DNA from: an uncultured Methanosarcinales archaeon
GTDB lineage: Archaea; Nanobdellota; Nanobdellia; Woesearchaeales; GW2011-AR9
Length of the DNA: 33,971 nt
Direction of reading: 5' to 3'
Assembly: GCA_964360115.1 (NCBI GenBank)
Contig: CAYHVV010000002.1
Span: 1 to 33,971 of the forward strand
Shown: positions 6,573 through 15,866 of the stretch, piece by piece
Layout of the letters: each line of letters begins with the position of its first letter
Position numbering within the stretch: the first letter of the stretch is position 1
Translations under genes and position numbers: made by a program
Notes under the pieces: model-generated
Databases searched by the model: none
Seen by the model: the letters and a program-made list of their open reading frames with translations, nothing else
Told to the model about the DNA's origin: nothing

Positions 6573-8552
6573 ATGAAAAAGAGGATGATTTTATGGATAT
6601 TAGTAAGTTTACTCTTCTGTATGCCTTTTGTCCTGGCTCAAGATAATCTCTACTCTTTGGATTCTTTGCAATTAAAATTGAATGTAGATGGTTCTTTTGA
6701 ATTAGTGCCGACAAAAAGCAGTGCAGATATAAAAGAAGTTACTGCAAACCTGTTTCTTAATCCGCAGGAGAGCCAACGGCAGCATATCATTTCCTGGGAC
6801 AGTAATGGAATCATAAAAGAAGATCTTATTTCTTTTTTTTGGAATGATAAAAAAATAGAAGAAAAAGAATTTGGATATACTGCTTTGATAGAAACTCAGA
6901 ACAAGCTACTAGCAGTGAAAGATAAAATTTCTTTTCCATTGCAGCCAGAAGAAGTAAAAGGGCTTGAACAGTACCTAGAGCCGACAGAAACCATCGATTC
7001 TGATCATCCCACCGTTATTGCTAAAGCCGCAGAATTGGCAGAAGGAGAGGACGACTTATTCAAAGTCGTATTCAATCTGGCCAGCTGGGTTGAAGAGAAC
7101 ATTAAATATGATCTAAATACAGTTACCAGTACCTCTTCACAAAAAGGAAGCTGGGTTTTACAGAATAAGCAAGGTGTCTGTGATGAAATGACTTCGTTAT
7201 TTGTAGCCATGGCTCGCTCTTTAGGAATTCCTGCACGATTTGTATCGGGAATTTCTTACACTACAAATGAAGAAGTAGTAGCTTCGGTTGGTTCTAATTG
7301 GGCAGGACATGGATGGGCAGAAATCTATTTCCCAAATATTGGCTGGGTAAGCTTTGATGTAACTTTTAACCAATATGGCTATATTGACGTAACTCACATT
7401 AAATTGCGGGAAGGGTTTGATCCTACTGAAGCAGCAGTAAAATATGAATGGATTTCTGACGGAGTAAATCTGCAAAAAGGAAAACTTAAGCTTAATGTTA
7501 GTGTTGTAGAAGAGGGGGAAATTGTTTCAGAAGAAGTCCAGTTAGAGCAGGAAATCCTTGCCCATGAAATTGGTTTCGGAAGCTACAATTTGGTGAAAGG
7601 GATTGTAAAAAACACAGCTGATTATTACACTGCTACGGCATTAAATTTGGTAGCACCAAAAGAAGTAGAAGTGATTGGAAGAAACAGAAGAAACATCCTG
7701 TTGCATCCAAAAGAAGTGAGAGAAACATTTTGGATTATCAAGATACCTAAAGATCTTCAGCAAAATTATATCTACAATTTTCCAATAAGAGTTTACTCTG
7801 AGAAAAATATTTCCTCAGAAGATAATTTTACTGCTCAGGCCGGAAAGAATACCTATTCCGAAGCAGAGATTGAAGAGCTAACGGTGCAAGATGAAGAAAA
7901 AAGTTACTCGCGAAAAATCACCTTCGACTGCCAATACAAAAAAGAGATTATGCTAAATGAAGAAGCACTGATAACCTGTTCCATAAAGAACAGCGGAAAT
8001 GCAAATCTTAATGGCCTGACTATTTGCCTGGAACAAGTTTGCGAAAAAGTAGATTTATCCATCAATCAACAAAAAAGTGCCCAGATTACCGTAAAAGGTG
8101 AAAAAGCAGGTTGGCAAAAAGTAACAGTAAGTGCAGAAAACGAATTAGTAGAGAAAAAAACTTCCTTGGAATACGCAGTAGTGGATTCACCAGAACTGAA
8201 AATTTCAACAAAATATCCGGAAATAGTAACATTCGGCCAACCGGTTGCAATCGAAGTGATTCTCAATAAAGAATCATTCCAGGAACCAAAAGACCTTAAA
8301 GTAACTATCTCTGGAGCTGGAATAAAAAAAATCTGGGACCTCAACAGCTTAATACAGGAAGAAAAAATAAATTATGTTGTTGATGGAAAAAGCCTGAGCT
8401 GGAATACTGACTTCATTATTACTGCTGCATGGGCAGACCAACAAGGAAAAGCATACTCAAATGAAGAAAAGATTACAATTAAATCTAAAGCTGATTCCTT
8501 CATTGATAAAATGAAAATGCTTTCAAACGTGTTGATTAACCTTTTTTCTTAG
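6573..8552 (+). CDS. secreted transglutaminase-like (Cys-His-Asp) protein with Ig/CARDB-like C-terminal repeats
   Basis: Signal peptide MKKRMILWILVSLLFCMPFVLAQ. The TGase core is QGVCDEMTSLFVAMARSLGIPARFVSG...GHGWAEIYFPNIGWVSFD. I chose the start at 6573 on the basis of the signal peptide and TATA spacing. The track ORF starts at 6396 and overlaps the ThiI-like gene. Confidence 0.85.
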   Translation: MKKRMILWILVSLLFCMPFVLAQDNLYSLDSLQLKLNVDGSFELVPTKSSADIKEVTANLFLNPQESQRQHIISWDSNGIIKEDLISFFWNDKKIEEKEFGYTALIETQNKLLAVKDKISFPLQPEEVKGLEQYLEPTETIDSDHPTVIAKAAELAEGEDDLFKVVFNLASWVEENIKYDLNTVTSTSSQKGSWVLQNKQGVCDEMTSLFVAMARSLGIPARFVSGISYTTNEEVVASVGSNWAGHGWAEIYFPNIGWVSFDVTFNQYGYIDVTHIKLREGFDPTEAAVKYEWISDGVNLQKGKLKLNVSVVEEGEIVSEEVQLEQEILAHEIGFGSYNLVKGIVKNTADYYTATALNLVAPKEVEVIGRNRRNILLHPKEVRETFWIIKIPKDLQQNYIYNFPIRVYSEKNISSEDNFTAQAGKNTYSEAEIEELTVQDEEKSYSRKITFDCQYKKEIMLNEEALITCSIKNSGNANLNGLTICLEQVCEKVDLSINQQKSAQITVKGEKAGWQKVTVSAENELVEKKTSLEYAVVDSPELKISTKYPEIVTFGQPVAIEVILNKESFQEPKDLKVTISGAGIKKIWDLNSLIQEEKINYVVDGKSLSWNTDFIITAAWADQQGKAYSNEEKITIKSKADSFIDKMKMLSNVLINLFS

Positions 8553-8641
8553 AAACTGCAATAGGTGATTTATAATGCGTGAGAGAGAGAAATATAGATA
8601 ATATTATTGAAAAAAAGGAAAAAAAGAAATATTAAAAAAAA

Positions 8642-8722
8642 TTATTGTCTTTTCTTTTTGGAAGATTTCTTCTTAACAACTGTTTTCTTACTAGAAGCTC
8701 TCTTCTTTGCTTTCTTAGCCAT
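8642..8722 (-). CDS. possible 26-aa polybasic micro-protein
   Basis: Translation is MAKKAKKRASSKKTVVKKKSSKKKRQ*. GAGGTG lies 9 nt upstream of the ATG. It is the only plausible ORF in a 459-nt AT-rich gap. Confidence 0.3.
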   Translation of the reverse strand: MAKKAKKRASSKKTVVKKKSSKKKRQ

Positions 8723-8998
8723 GTATCATAACACCTCTTTTGATTAATTTATTTACAAGTAAGTCTTTTTCCTTTTTAAACATTTCTAAAAGTAAGATTT
8801 TAAAATGCCCCTAAATCAGATATGTTGTAAAATATTGTCAAAGAAATTCGACACCGCTAGTGAACACACTGGTGGAAAAAGCAGATTTTAGAAATTTGTT
8901 GGAGAAATAATAATACTCTTTAATTTAAAAAAAAAATTATAATTAAAATGATGTAGTTAAATTAGAAAATACTAAAGGCTGTCAAAAAATGCAGTAAA

Positions 8999-9006
8999 TT
9001 TAAATA
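8999..9006 (+). promoter_or_regulatory. TATA-like box (tttaaata) upstream of pan
   Basis: Centre is about 27 nt upstream of the second ATG (9030) but only about 9 nt from the first ATG (9012). Confidence 0.35.
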
Positions 9007-9011
9007 TAAAA

Positions 9012-10253
9012 ATGCCTTCTAACAAAATAATGGCCAAAGCAAACTCCACTGGAACTCAAAATAACAAAATTATCTATTCTCAGACTGTCAATACTGTTGA
9101 TTTAGAAGAAGAGAATAAGATTCTGGCCGAGACTGTAGAAAAACTGGAGGAAGAAAATAAAAACATATCTAATACTCTTTCTAAAGTAGAACAGGAAAGT
9201 TCCATCTTGCGCGAACTATTCAATAATACTAATAATGAGTTAAATAACCTCAAGAAACCGTCTTTGTTGGTTGCCGATGTAGTGAGTGTGCATGGTGACA
9301 AAGCCACCATTAAACTCCCTAACGGAAACAAATTTTATAGCTACATCGCCCAACACGTGAAAGACATCAGAAGCGGCGATGCCGCTTTAGTTGATCAAAA
9401 ATCCCTAAATATAGTTGATAAGTTCGAATCCAATGACAATTTTGAAGTAGAAAAATATGTCATCATAGAAAAACCAAAAGAAGATTGGAATTCTATTGGT
9501 GGATTAAAAGAGGTAATACGTGAAGTTAAAGAAGTCATAGAACTTCCGCTTACCAACCCAAAATTGTTTGAAAGTGTAGGGATTCAACCACCTAAAGGGG
9601 TGCTTCTGTATGGTCCCCCTGGCACCGGGAAAACGTTATTGGCAAAAGCAGTAGCCAGCAGCACTAATGCCACCTTTATTGAAGTGGTCGGTTCTGAACT
9701 AGTACAGAAATTTATTGGTGAAGGTGCTAAATTAGTGAAAGACATTTTTGCCTTAGCCCGGAGGAAAGCACCCTCAATTGTTTTTATAGATGAGATTGAT
9801 GCTTTAGCCTCGAAGCGTATGGAAACCGGCACTTCAGGAGAAAGAGAGGTAAGCAGGACTTTCATGCAGTTATTAGCAGAAATAGACGGATTTAAACCTT
9901 TGGATAATGTAAAGATTATCGGTGCTACCAATAGAGCAGACATCTTAGACACTGCCATCATTAGACCGGGAAGATTAGATCGGTTAATTGAAGTCGAATT
10001 ACCGACAGAAGAAGGAAGAATGGAAATCCTTAAAGTTCATACTGCCAAAATGAATTTACGTAAAGTTATTCTTAAAGAAGTTGCCAATAAGACGGAAAAT
10101 TTCAGTGGAGCAGAACTTCAGGCAGTTTGCACGGAAGCAGGTTATTGCGCTATCAGAGAAAACCGCGAACATGTCACCCACAACGATTTCCTCCAAGCCG
10201 TTGAAAGAATTCAGGTTGAGGAAGAAGATGATGCCGCGGGATTAATTGGATAA
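9012..10253 (+). CDS. pan: proteasome-activating nucleotidase-type AAA+ ATPase
   Basis: N-terminal coiled coil, an OB-like segment (VADVVSVHGDKATIKLPNGNKFY), Walker A GPPGTGKT, Walker B IVFIDEID, second region of homology ATNRADILDTAIIRPGRLDR. Start may be 9030 (MAKANST). Confidence 0.9.
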   Translation: MPSNKIMAKANSTGTQNNKIIYSQTVNTVDLEEENKILAETVEKLEEENKNISNTLSKVEQESSILRELFNNTNNELNNLKKPSLLVADVVSVHGDKATIKLPNGNKFYSYIAQHVKDIRSGDAALVDQKSLNIVDKFESNDNFEVEKYVIIEKPKEDWNSIGGLKEVIREVKEVIELPLTNPKLFESVGIQPPKGVLLYGPPGTGKTLLAKAVASSTNATFIEVVGSELVQKFIGEGAKLVKDIFALARRKAPSIVFIDEIDALASKRMETGTSGEREVSRTFMQLLAEIDGFKPLDNVKIIGATNRADILDTAIIRPGRLDRLIEVELPTEEGRMEILKVHTAKMNLRKVILKEVANKTENFSGAELQAVCTEAGYCAIRENREHVTHNDFLQAVERIQVEEEDDAAGLIG

Positions 10254-10277
10254 AACTAAACTAACAAGTTCTATAAA

Positions 10278-11039
10278 ATGACCTTGAAAATTCTTTCGTT
10301 GAACATTGAACGAGATAAACATCTATCTAAAGTGTTTAACTTATTAAAAAAAGAGAAGCCCGAAGTGGTTTGTTTACAAGAAGTGCAGGAACCTGACTTT
10401 GAAGTGCTAAAAGAAAAATTTGGACTTGAAGGATTTTTTGTGCCGATGGACTCTTGTCTAAGGAATGAAAACGGCAAACAAGAGTTAGTGAGACAAGGTA
10501 TTGCCTATTACAGCAATCTGCTTATTTTGAAAATAGAAAGTTTATTTTATGTAGGCAAAGGTACTGCGCCGAATCATAAAAGCGGAAATGATGTAGATCG
10601 CGTCTTGGTTTTAGGCCAGGTGGAAAAAGAAGGAGAGAAATACACTATTGCCACCACCCATTTTACTTGGGCAGATGATGGGGGAGTTAATGAAGAACAA
10701 AGAAGAGATCTGAAACAGTTGTTAAAATTACTGCGACAAAAAGGAGAATTAGTACTTTGTGGAGATTTTAATGCTCCTCGGGGCAGAGAAGTTTTTACAA
10801 TCTTAAGCTCTTATCTAAAAGATAACATCCCTCCTGAAGTACAGACCACTTTAGACCACAAGTTACATAGAGCTGGAGCCCTGCCATACGTGGTAGATTA
10901 CATGTGGAGTACTCCCTTATATAAGGTCACAAAAGTAAAAGTTGTAAGTGGAGTCAGTGACCATATGGCGATTGTGGCAAATATAGAACAATTACACAAT
11001 TATAGACCATTGTTAAAAGACAATTCTAAAGATCTGTGA
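10278..11039 (+). CDS. endonuclease/exonuclease/phosphatase (EEP) family protein
   Basis: LKILSLNIE..., VVCLQEV, GDFNAPR and SDHMAIVA are the conserved EEP motifs. Confidence 0.8.
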   Translation: MTLKILSLNIERDKHLSKVFNLLKKEKPEVVCLQEVQEPDFEVLKEKFGLEGFFVPMDSCLRNENGKQELVRQGIAYYSNLLILKIESLFYVGKGTAPNHKSGNDVDRVLVLGQVEKEGEKYTIATTHFTWADDGGVNEEQRRDLKQLLKLLRQKGELVLCGDFNAPRGREVFTILSSYLKDNIPPEVQTTLDHKLHRAGALPYVVDYMWSTPLYKVTKVKVVSGVSDHMAIVANIEQLHNYRPLLKDNSKDL

Positions 11040-11190
11040 ACGCTCATCAGTTACATCCGTATCCCATAGAGGGAATGGTGTTCACATAATCATCGCGTTT
11101 TTCACTCTTGAAGAAGTTTCTTCTTTTTCTCCTGAAATAGTTATTTTTTATAAACTTTTACTTCTTTCGTGTTTTTTATCATGAAAGTTT

Positions 11191-11223
11191 GAAAATGACC
11201 GCTTCATTGCCGCGGTGATTTTC
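11191..11223. promoter_or_regulatory. 12-bp inverted repeat (one mismatch) gaaaatgaccgc-N9-gcggtgattttc just upstream of the GT promoter
   Basis: Arms at 11191-11202 and 11212-11223 were read directly. It could be the terminator of the EEP gene or an operator. Confidence 0.3.
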
Positions 11224-11235
11224 ATTTTCATAATG

Positions 11236-11243
11236 ATTATAAA
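11236..11243 (+). promoter_or_regulatory. TATA-like box (attataaa) for the glycosyltransferase gene
   Basis: Centre is about 27 nt upstream of the ATG at 11267. Confidence 0.4.
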
Positions 11244-11266
11244 GCAAATAGTTAGTTTTTCACCTT

Positions 11267-12526
11267 ATGAAAATTCTGTTTGTATCGGAATATTATCCTC
11301 CAAAAACAATGGGAGGTGGAGAGATTAATTTGGAGGTGCTAGCTACTGCACTAACCAAAAGAGGAGTTGAAGTATCTGTCTTGACTTCTTATTTCCCCGG
11401 ACTAGAAGAAACGGAAATGAAAAAAGGATTAACTATTTTACGAAATTTAAAAACAGGAAATAACCCTTCTTCAGTTATTGAAAATATTAAAAGATCTTTA
11501 TTTTTTTCTCAATCTATTGTAAGAGAAGTTAAAAATATATTAAATAAACAAGAGATAGATGCTATCCATTTCATTGGAACGAGCATTATTGCTGCAAATG
11601 CATTGAAAAACCTAAGAGTTCCGCTTTTCGCAACCATTGAAAGTTATCCCGCATTATGTCCGAAAGGAGATCGTATTTTCCGTGGAAAGAAAGAGTGTAA
11701 GAGGGAATGTTCATTCGCAAATTTCTTATCTTGTCAAGCGAGTTCAAGAGATATTGGGAAAATGAAAAATGAATGGTATTTGAAGTATAACTTCCCTGTT
11801 CTCTCGTACATTTATCATTATTACAGCCAATTGCATAAATCTTTACCACAATGCAATCTTATTGCCATCAGTGAATATGTGCAAAGATTGTTGAAACAGC
11901 AAGGAAATGATAGTATAGTAATACCCAATGCTCTCCCTATCAATAAATTTAAAGTTGATAAAGAGAAGAAAAGCAAATATCCTAAAATAATTTATTTTGG
12001 CTCATTAATTAGATCTAAAGGGCCACAAGTCTTACTTGAAGCTATCGAGGGGTTAAATGTTAAATGCGAGCTTTATGGGGAGGGAGTATTGCAAAAAGAA
12101 CTTGAACAAAAAATACAACAACGAAAATTATCAGCAAAAATTTTTGCTCCAGTTCCTTATGATGAAATTCCTTCTCTCTACGCTCAAGCAGATATTGTTG
12201 TTTTTCCTTCTGTCTGGCCAGAACCTTTCGGAAGAATTGCTATTGAAGCGATGGCAGCAGGAAAGCCCGTTGTTGGTTCGGCTATAGGGGGGATTAAAGA
12301 GACAATTACGAAAGAAACCGGAATATTGGTTGAACCGGGAAATTCACAACAATTGCGAGAAGCTATAATGATGTTAATACATAATCCTACATTGAGAAAG
12401 ACCATGGAAAAGACTGGAAGAGGAATTGCTGAAAAAAATTATACAGAAGATAAAGTAGTGGAAAGATTGATTGCTGTATACAAAACAAAAATCAATTCAT
12501 CTTTTTCAAATCTAAACAGACCCTAA
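11267..12526 (+). CDS. glycosyltransferase family 4 (GT-B, Glycos_transf_1)
   Basis: N-terminal MKILFVSEYYPPKTMGGGE and C-terminal EPFGRIAIEAMAAGKPVVGSAIGGIKE (EX7E region). Confidence 0.9.
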   Translation: MKILFVSEYYPPKTMGGGEINLEVLATALTKRGVEVSVLTSYFPGLEETEMKKGLTILRNLKTGNNPSSVIENIKRSLFFSQSIVREVKNILNKQEIDAIHFIGTSIIAANALKNLRVPLFATIESYPALCPKGDRIFRGKKECKRECSFANFLSCQASSRDIGKMKNEWYLKYNFPVLSYIYHYYSQLHKSLPQCNLIAISEYVQRLLKQQGNDSIVIPNALPINKFKVDKEKKSKYPKIIYFGSLIRSKGPQVLLEAIEGLNVKCELYGEGVLQKELEQKIQQRKLSAKIFAPVPYDEIPSLYAQADIVVFPSVWPEPFGRIAIEAMAAGKPVVGSAIGGIKETITKETGILVEPGNSQQLREAIMMLIHNPTLRKTMEKTGRGIAEKNYTEDKVVERLIAVYKTKINSSFSNLNRP

Positions 12527-13514
12527 ACGTTCCTGGAGAGAATTGTCCGCATTTTACTTTGCGTAGGATTTTAACTGAATCTCCAAGCTTTTTGCAAATT
12601 TCCTTGACCTTTTTAGCATAAGAATTAAGTTCTGTTTCTTCAAGAAAAGAATACAAGTGAATAATGGCGCCTTTCTTTGCTTTGAGCAAAGCTAAATCTA
12701 AAAATTGTTCGCCGGTTTTAGGAAGAGGCATAACAATACGATCAAATTTCTTTTTCAAGGAGGGTATTTTATGCTTCACATCTCCATGCAGGATAGTAAC
12801 CCTATCTTGTAGATTATTGAGTAACACATTTTCCATTGCATAAGTATGGGCAGCGGGATTAAGTTCAATACCATAGACGTGCTTCGCTTCTGAATTTTTA
12901 GCAATGACTAAGGGATACGGCGCTGCTCCGGAAAACATCACCAAGACTTCTTCTCCTGGCTTTACCAGATTAGCAATCCTTAATCTCTCACTTCCGCTTC
13001 TGGCAGAAAAATAAGTCCTTTCCAGATGAAGCTTAAGTTCTATGCCATTTTCATGATGAATGGTTTCTTTAGTTTTTTTTCCTGCCAAAACAGTAACTTT
13101 TCGGGTGCGGAATTGTCCGGTGTGAATATCGCTTTTCTTTACTACAGTAGAAAGATGTTTGTTTACTTTAAGATAGGCTTCAGCAAGTATTTTTTCTTTA
13201 GATTTTAATTCCTCTGGTATTTCTAAGATGAGAATTTCGCCCACCACCTCTTGCGTTCTTGGTAGAAGCTCCAGCTCTTTAGCAGTTAATTTTCCTTTGA
13301 GCAACTCATCCACAGTAGTTGGTTTATACCGTTGGGGGAAGGAAAATTTAGTGTTAACCACTTTGGCATTGGGAACAACTACTTTCTTGTTCATAGCAAA
13401 GAAAATATGATCCAATTCTTTTACGGGAAGATAATCTTGGTGAAGCAGTCCTTTTTTGAGTAAAAATAGTTTTACTTTTTCTGCGTATTTTAATTCGGCG
13501 TAGGCTGCGAGCAT
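12492..13514 (-). CDS. trm5: tRNA (guanine37-N1)-methyltransferase Trm5/Taw22 family (Met-10+)
   Basis: YFSARSGSERLRIANLVKPGEEVLVMFSGAAPYPLVIAK...GIELNPAAHTYAMENVLLN...DRIVMPLP matches the Trm5b/Met-10 pattern. Its 3' end overlaps the convergent GT gene by 35 nt. Confidence 0.85.
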   Translation of the reverse strand: MLAAYAELKYAEKVKLFLLKKGLLHQDYLPVKELDHIFFAMNKKVVVPNAKVVNTKFSFPQRYKPTTVDELLKGKLTAKELELLPRTQEVVGEILILEIPEELKSKEKILAEAYLKVNKHLSTVVKKSDIHTGQFRTRKVTVLAGKKTKETIHHENGIELKLHLERTYFSARSGSERLRIANLVKPGEEVLVMFSGAAPYPLVIAKNSEAKHVYGIELNPAAHTYAMENVLLNNLQDRVTILHGDVKHKIPSLKKKFDRIVMPLPKTGEQFLDLALLKAKKGAIIHLYSFLEETELNSYAKKVKEICKKLGDSVKILRKVKCGQFSPGTFRVCLDLKKMN

Positions 13515-13543
13515 GGGAGAAAGAAAGAGTTAAGCTTTAAAAA

Positions 13544-14086
13544 TCATTCCGTTACCAATCTCTGCCAATTTTCTTTATAATGCTTATACTTGGCATCAAA
13601 TTCTTCTTTAGATGTTAGGGAGATATTCAATTGTTGTAATTTTTCTTTCAATAATTGCAAAACTTTTTCTTTTTCTTCTTCACCAGACATTTTCTCAAGT
13701 TCAATGATATAACCATATCCTGTGGTATAATCCAGCATGACGCTGATTCCTTGCCAAACGAAAGTATTTCTTTTTCTAAACCATTTAATCTGAGTATTGT
13801 AACCCAGAGTTAAGAACAGCTTTTCTAGCATCTCAAAGTCTTCTTTATTAAATTTAATTTCTATCTCCTCACGCTGTTCATCATGCAATTTTCCTTTTTT
13901 CAGCCAGATTTTAGAGTAGGTGTTATTGCGCTGAATCCTTAAATCCTGCTCAGCATCAAAATAATAAGTTTCTTGATAATCGTTGTTGATGAATTCAGCA
14001 TTCTCTTTAAAGAATCTTATAAGCTCTTCATACTTCTCCGGGGAAATAAAACTGCGAATTTCAACCTCTATGTTATTTGGAGCCAT
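13544..14086 (-). CDS. CYTH-domain protein (CyaB/triphosphate tunnel metalloenzyme family)
   Basis: N-terminal IEVEIRSF (ExExK-like signature, with R in place of K), about 180 aa, alternating acidic/basic beta-strand pattern. Confidence 0.7.
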   Translation of the reverse strand: MAPNNIEVEIRSFISPEKYEELIRFFKENAEFINNDYQETYYFDAEQDLRIQRNNTYSKIWLKKGKLHDEQREEIEIKFNKEDFEMLEKLFLTLGYNTQIKWFRKRNTFVWQGISVMLDYTTGYGYIIELEKMSGEEEKEKVLQLLKEKLQQLNISLTSKEEFDAKYKHYKENWQRLVTE

Positions 14087-14106
14087 ATGTAGTTATTTAG
14101 TGAGTT

Positions 14107-15144
14107 CTAAAAGAAATTCCTCAGTCCTTTCTGAGCCATTTCCTTCTGCATTTCTTTCAGTTTTTCTAATTTTGTTCTTACCCTTTCTTCACCGAAACCA
14201 TGTTCTTCCACTAACAGATAAAATAACTGTTTTTCATCTATTTTCTTCCAATCCAACTTATAGTTATCTGTCACGGGCATATTTTTGATGGTGTCAAAGA
14301 CTTCCTGCCATTTTAAATCGGGATAATGTTTATCCCATCCTACCGTCGTGAAAATAGTTTCAAAATTCATGCCGTGTTCTTTCAATAATTTTAAGCCGGT
14401 TTTTGGGCCTATTCCCTTTACTCCGCCCGGATTGTAATCAGTTCCCACCAAGATAGCCAGCACGATCAATTGATCTAAATTCAACTTCAGATGATCTAAC
14501 ACTTCCGGCAAAGAAATTAATTCTGGATTAACTTTCTGATAGGCAAATGTTCCTGCTTTCTTGCGGCGACCTTCAATGGATAAATTGCGCACTAATAACG
14601 GACAGTTGAAGATGAGGTTGTCGTAATCCTGGCTCACTGAAGCGTACGCATCGCCTTTCTTGACCATGTAAGCAGTCTGCGCTTCTCCTTCTGAAGGAGC
14701 TTGGACGATAGGCAAACCTAATGCAGTAATAACTGCCTCGGCATCTTTACGCATATCTTTAGTAAGAACAGCAGTCCTGGCAGCGAATTTGCGCATCGAA
14801 TCAAGATCTTTGTCTTCGGTCGCTTCTTTTAATTTTAAGACAGCTTCTGTTTTTACTGCACTGCGTTTTTCCCAAGTCTTCTGTTTAATTTCTGGAGGTT
14901 TGCCATCAAAGACAAAAATTAACTTTAATCCTTGTTCCATTAAAGCAGTAGTCCGACTGAACAAACCAATTAAGTGTGAAGTTACCCGGCCTTTGCTGTC
15001 AGTTAAGACTGATCCATCAGGAGAACGTATGGTGGTAAGAAATTGATAGAGTATATTCATGCCGTCTATCGCCAACACTTTGCCTTTAAGATCAGCAATA
15101 GATATTTCTTTCCGGATTACTAATTCTTTAAACTGCAGACCCAT
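14107..15144 (-). CDS. fen: flap endonuclease 1
   Basis: MGLQFKELV...LAIDGMNILYQFL, FVFDGKPPEIK, APSEGEAQTAYM, and H3TH GTDYNPGGVKGIGPKTGLKLL. Confidence 0.95.
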   Translation of the reverse strand: MGLQFKELVIRKEISIADLKGKVLAIDGMNILYQFLTTIRSPDGSVLTDSKGRVTSHLIGLFSRTTALMEQGLKLIFVFDGKPPEIKQKTWEKRSAVKTEAVLKLKEATEDKDLDSMRKFAARTAVLTKDMRKDAEAVITALGLPIVQAPSEGEAQTAYMVKKGDAYASVSQDYDNLIFNCPLLVRNLSIEGRRKKAGTFAYQKVNPELISLPEVLDHLKLNLDQLIVLAILVGTDYNPGGVKGIGPKTGLKLLKEHGMNFETIFTTVGWDKHYPDLKWQEVFDTIKNMPVTDNYKLDWKKIDEKQLFYLLVEEHGFGEERVRTKLEKLKEMQKEMAQKGLRNFF

Positions 15145-15865
15145 TTCTTCCCCCGGTAGTTGAAGGTTTTACTAATAGTTTATGATTAAAACCGGATTTG
15201 TTAGCCCACTCAAAAGCAGCATGCATCGCTAAGGCTAAAGCAGCTCCCACCACTGGCGCTAAGACCACTATTGTAAGTGATGCATCTTTAACGGGCAGAG
15301 CTTTATTCTTTTCGTTTAGATATGCTTGGAATGCTGCGTCAATCCGTTCTTTTTCTTGTTTAAAATATCCTTCAAACATGGCTACCAAATCTCTTTCATT
15401 TCCGAAAGAAAGAATAAGACGCTTTTCCTGTGCCTTCAAGATAACACCATTATAAAGCTCATAACATCCTTTCAAAAACTGGTTCTGAATGGTGTTGGCG
15501 TGAAGAAGATATCTGCATGCCTTAATCTGTGTTTTTCGGTGTTTAAAGAAAGTACACAAAAGGTTTTCCATATTCCTCGCACGTTTCAGCAGATTCTTAA
15601 AACTGGGATGTTTATGTAATTTTTTATCCAATGATAACATGCAAACCAATATTTTACGAAAATCTTTTCTAATGCTTTGAAGCGGAGCTTTTGAGGTAAT
15701 GGTTTCTTTTAGAAACCGGTCTAAATCCTCTTGCTGATTATGCTTAAAATAATCATAGAAATGTTCTGCACGTCGGTAATCCAAAGTGCCAAGCTCAATA
15801 AAATTGTTTTTTATTCTCTGTTCAGCAGCTTTCATTTCGTAAGCTGCTTTTTGTGTATCAATCAT
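15128..15865 (-). CDS. hypothetical helical protein with a C-terminal TM anchor
   Basis: Long ORF lying 1 nt after the upstream gene and overlapping fen by 17 nt. It has one hydrophobic segment, LTIVVLAPVVGAALALAMHAAF. I recognise no family. Confidence 0.65.
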   Translation of the reverse strand: MIDTQKAAYEMKAAEQRIKNNFIELGTLDYRRAEHFYDYFKHNQQEDLDRFLKETITSKAPLQSIRKDFRKILVCMLSLDKKLHKHPSFKNLLKRARNMENLLCTFFKHRKTQIKACRYLLHANTIQNQFLKGCYELYNGVILKAQEKRLILSFGNERDLVAMFEGYFKQEKERIDAAFQAYLNEKNKALPVKDASLTIVVLAPVVGAALALAMHAAFEWANKSGFNHKLLVKPSTTGGRNGSAV

Positions 15866-15866
15866 T

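Noticed and set aside
8553-9011. Replication origin in the long AT-rich gap (one ORB-like cactggtggaaaa at about 8870)
   Set aside because: There is only a single weak ORB-like match, no repeated origin-recognition boxes, and no orc1/cdc6 gene nearby.
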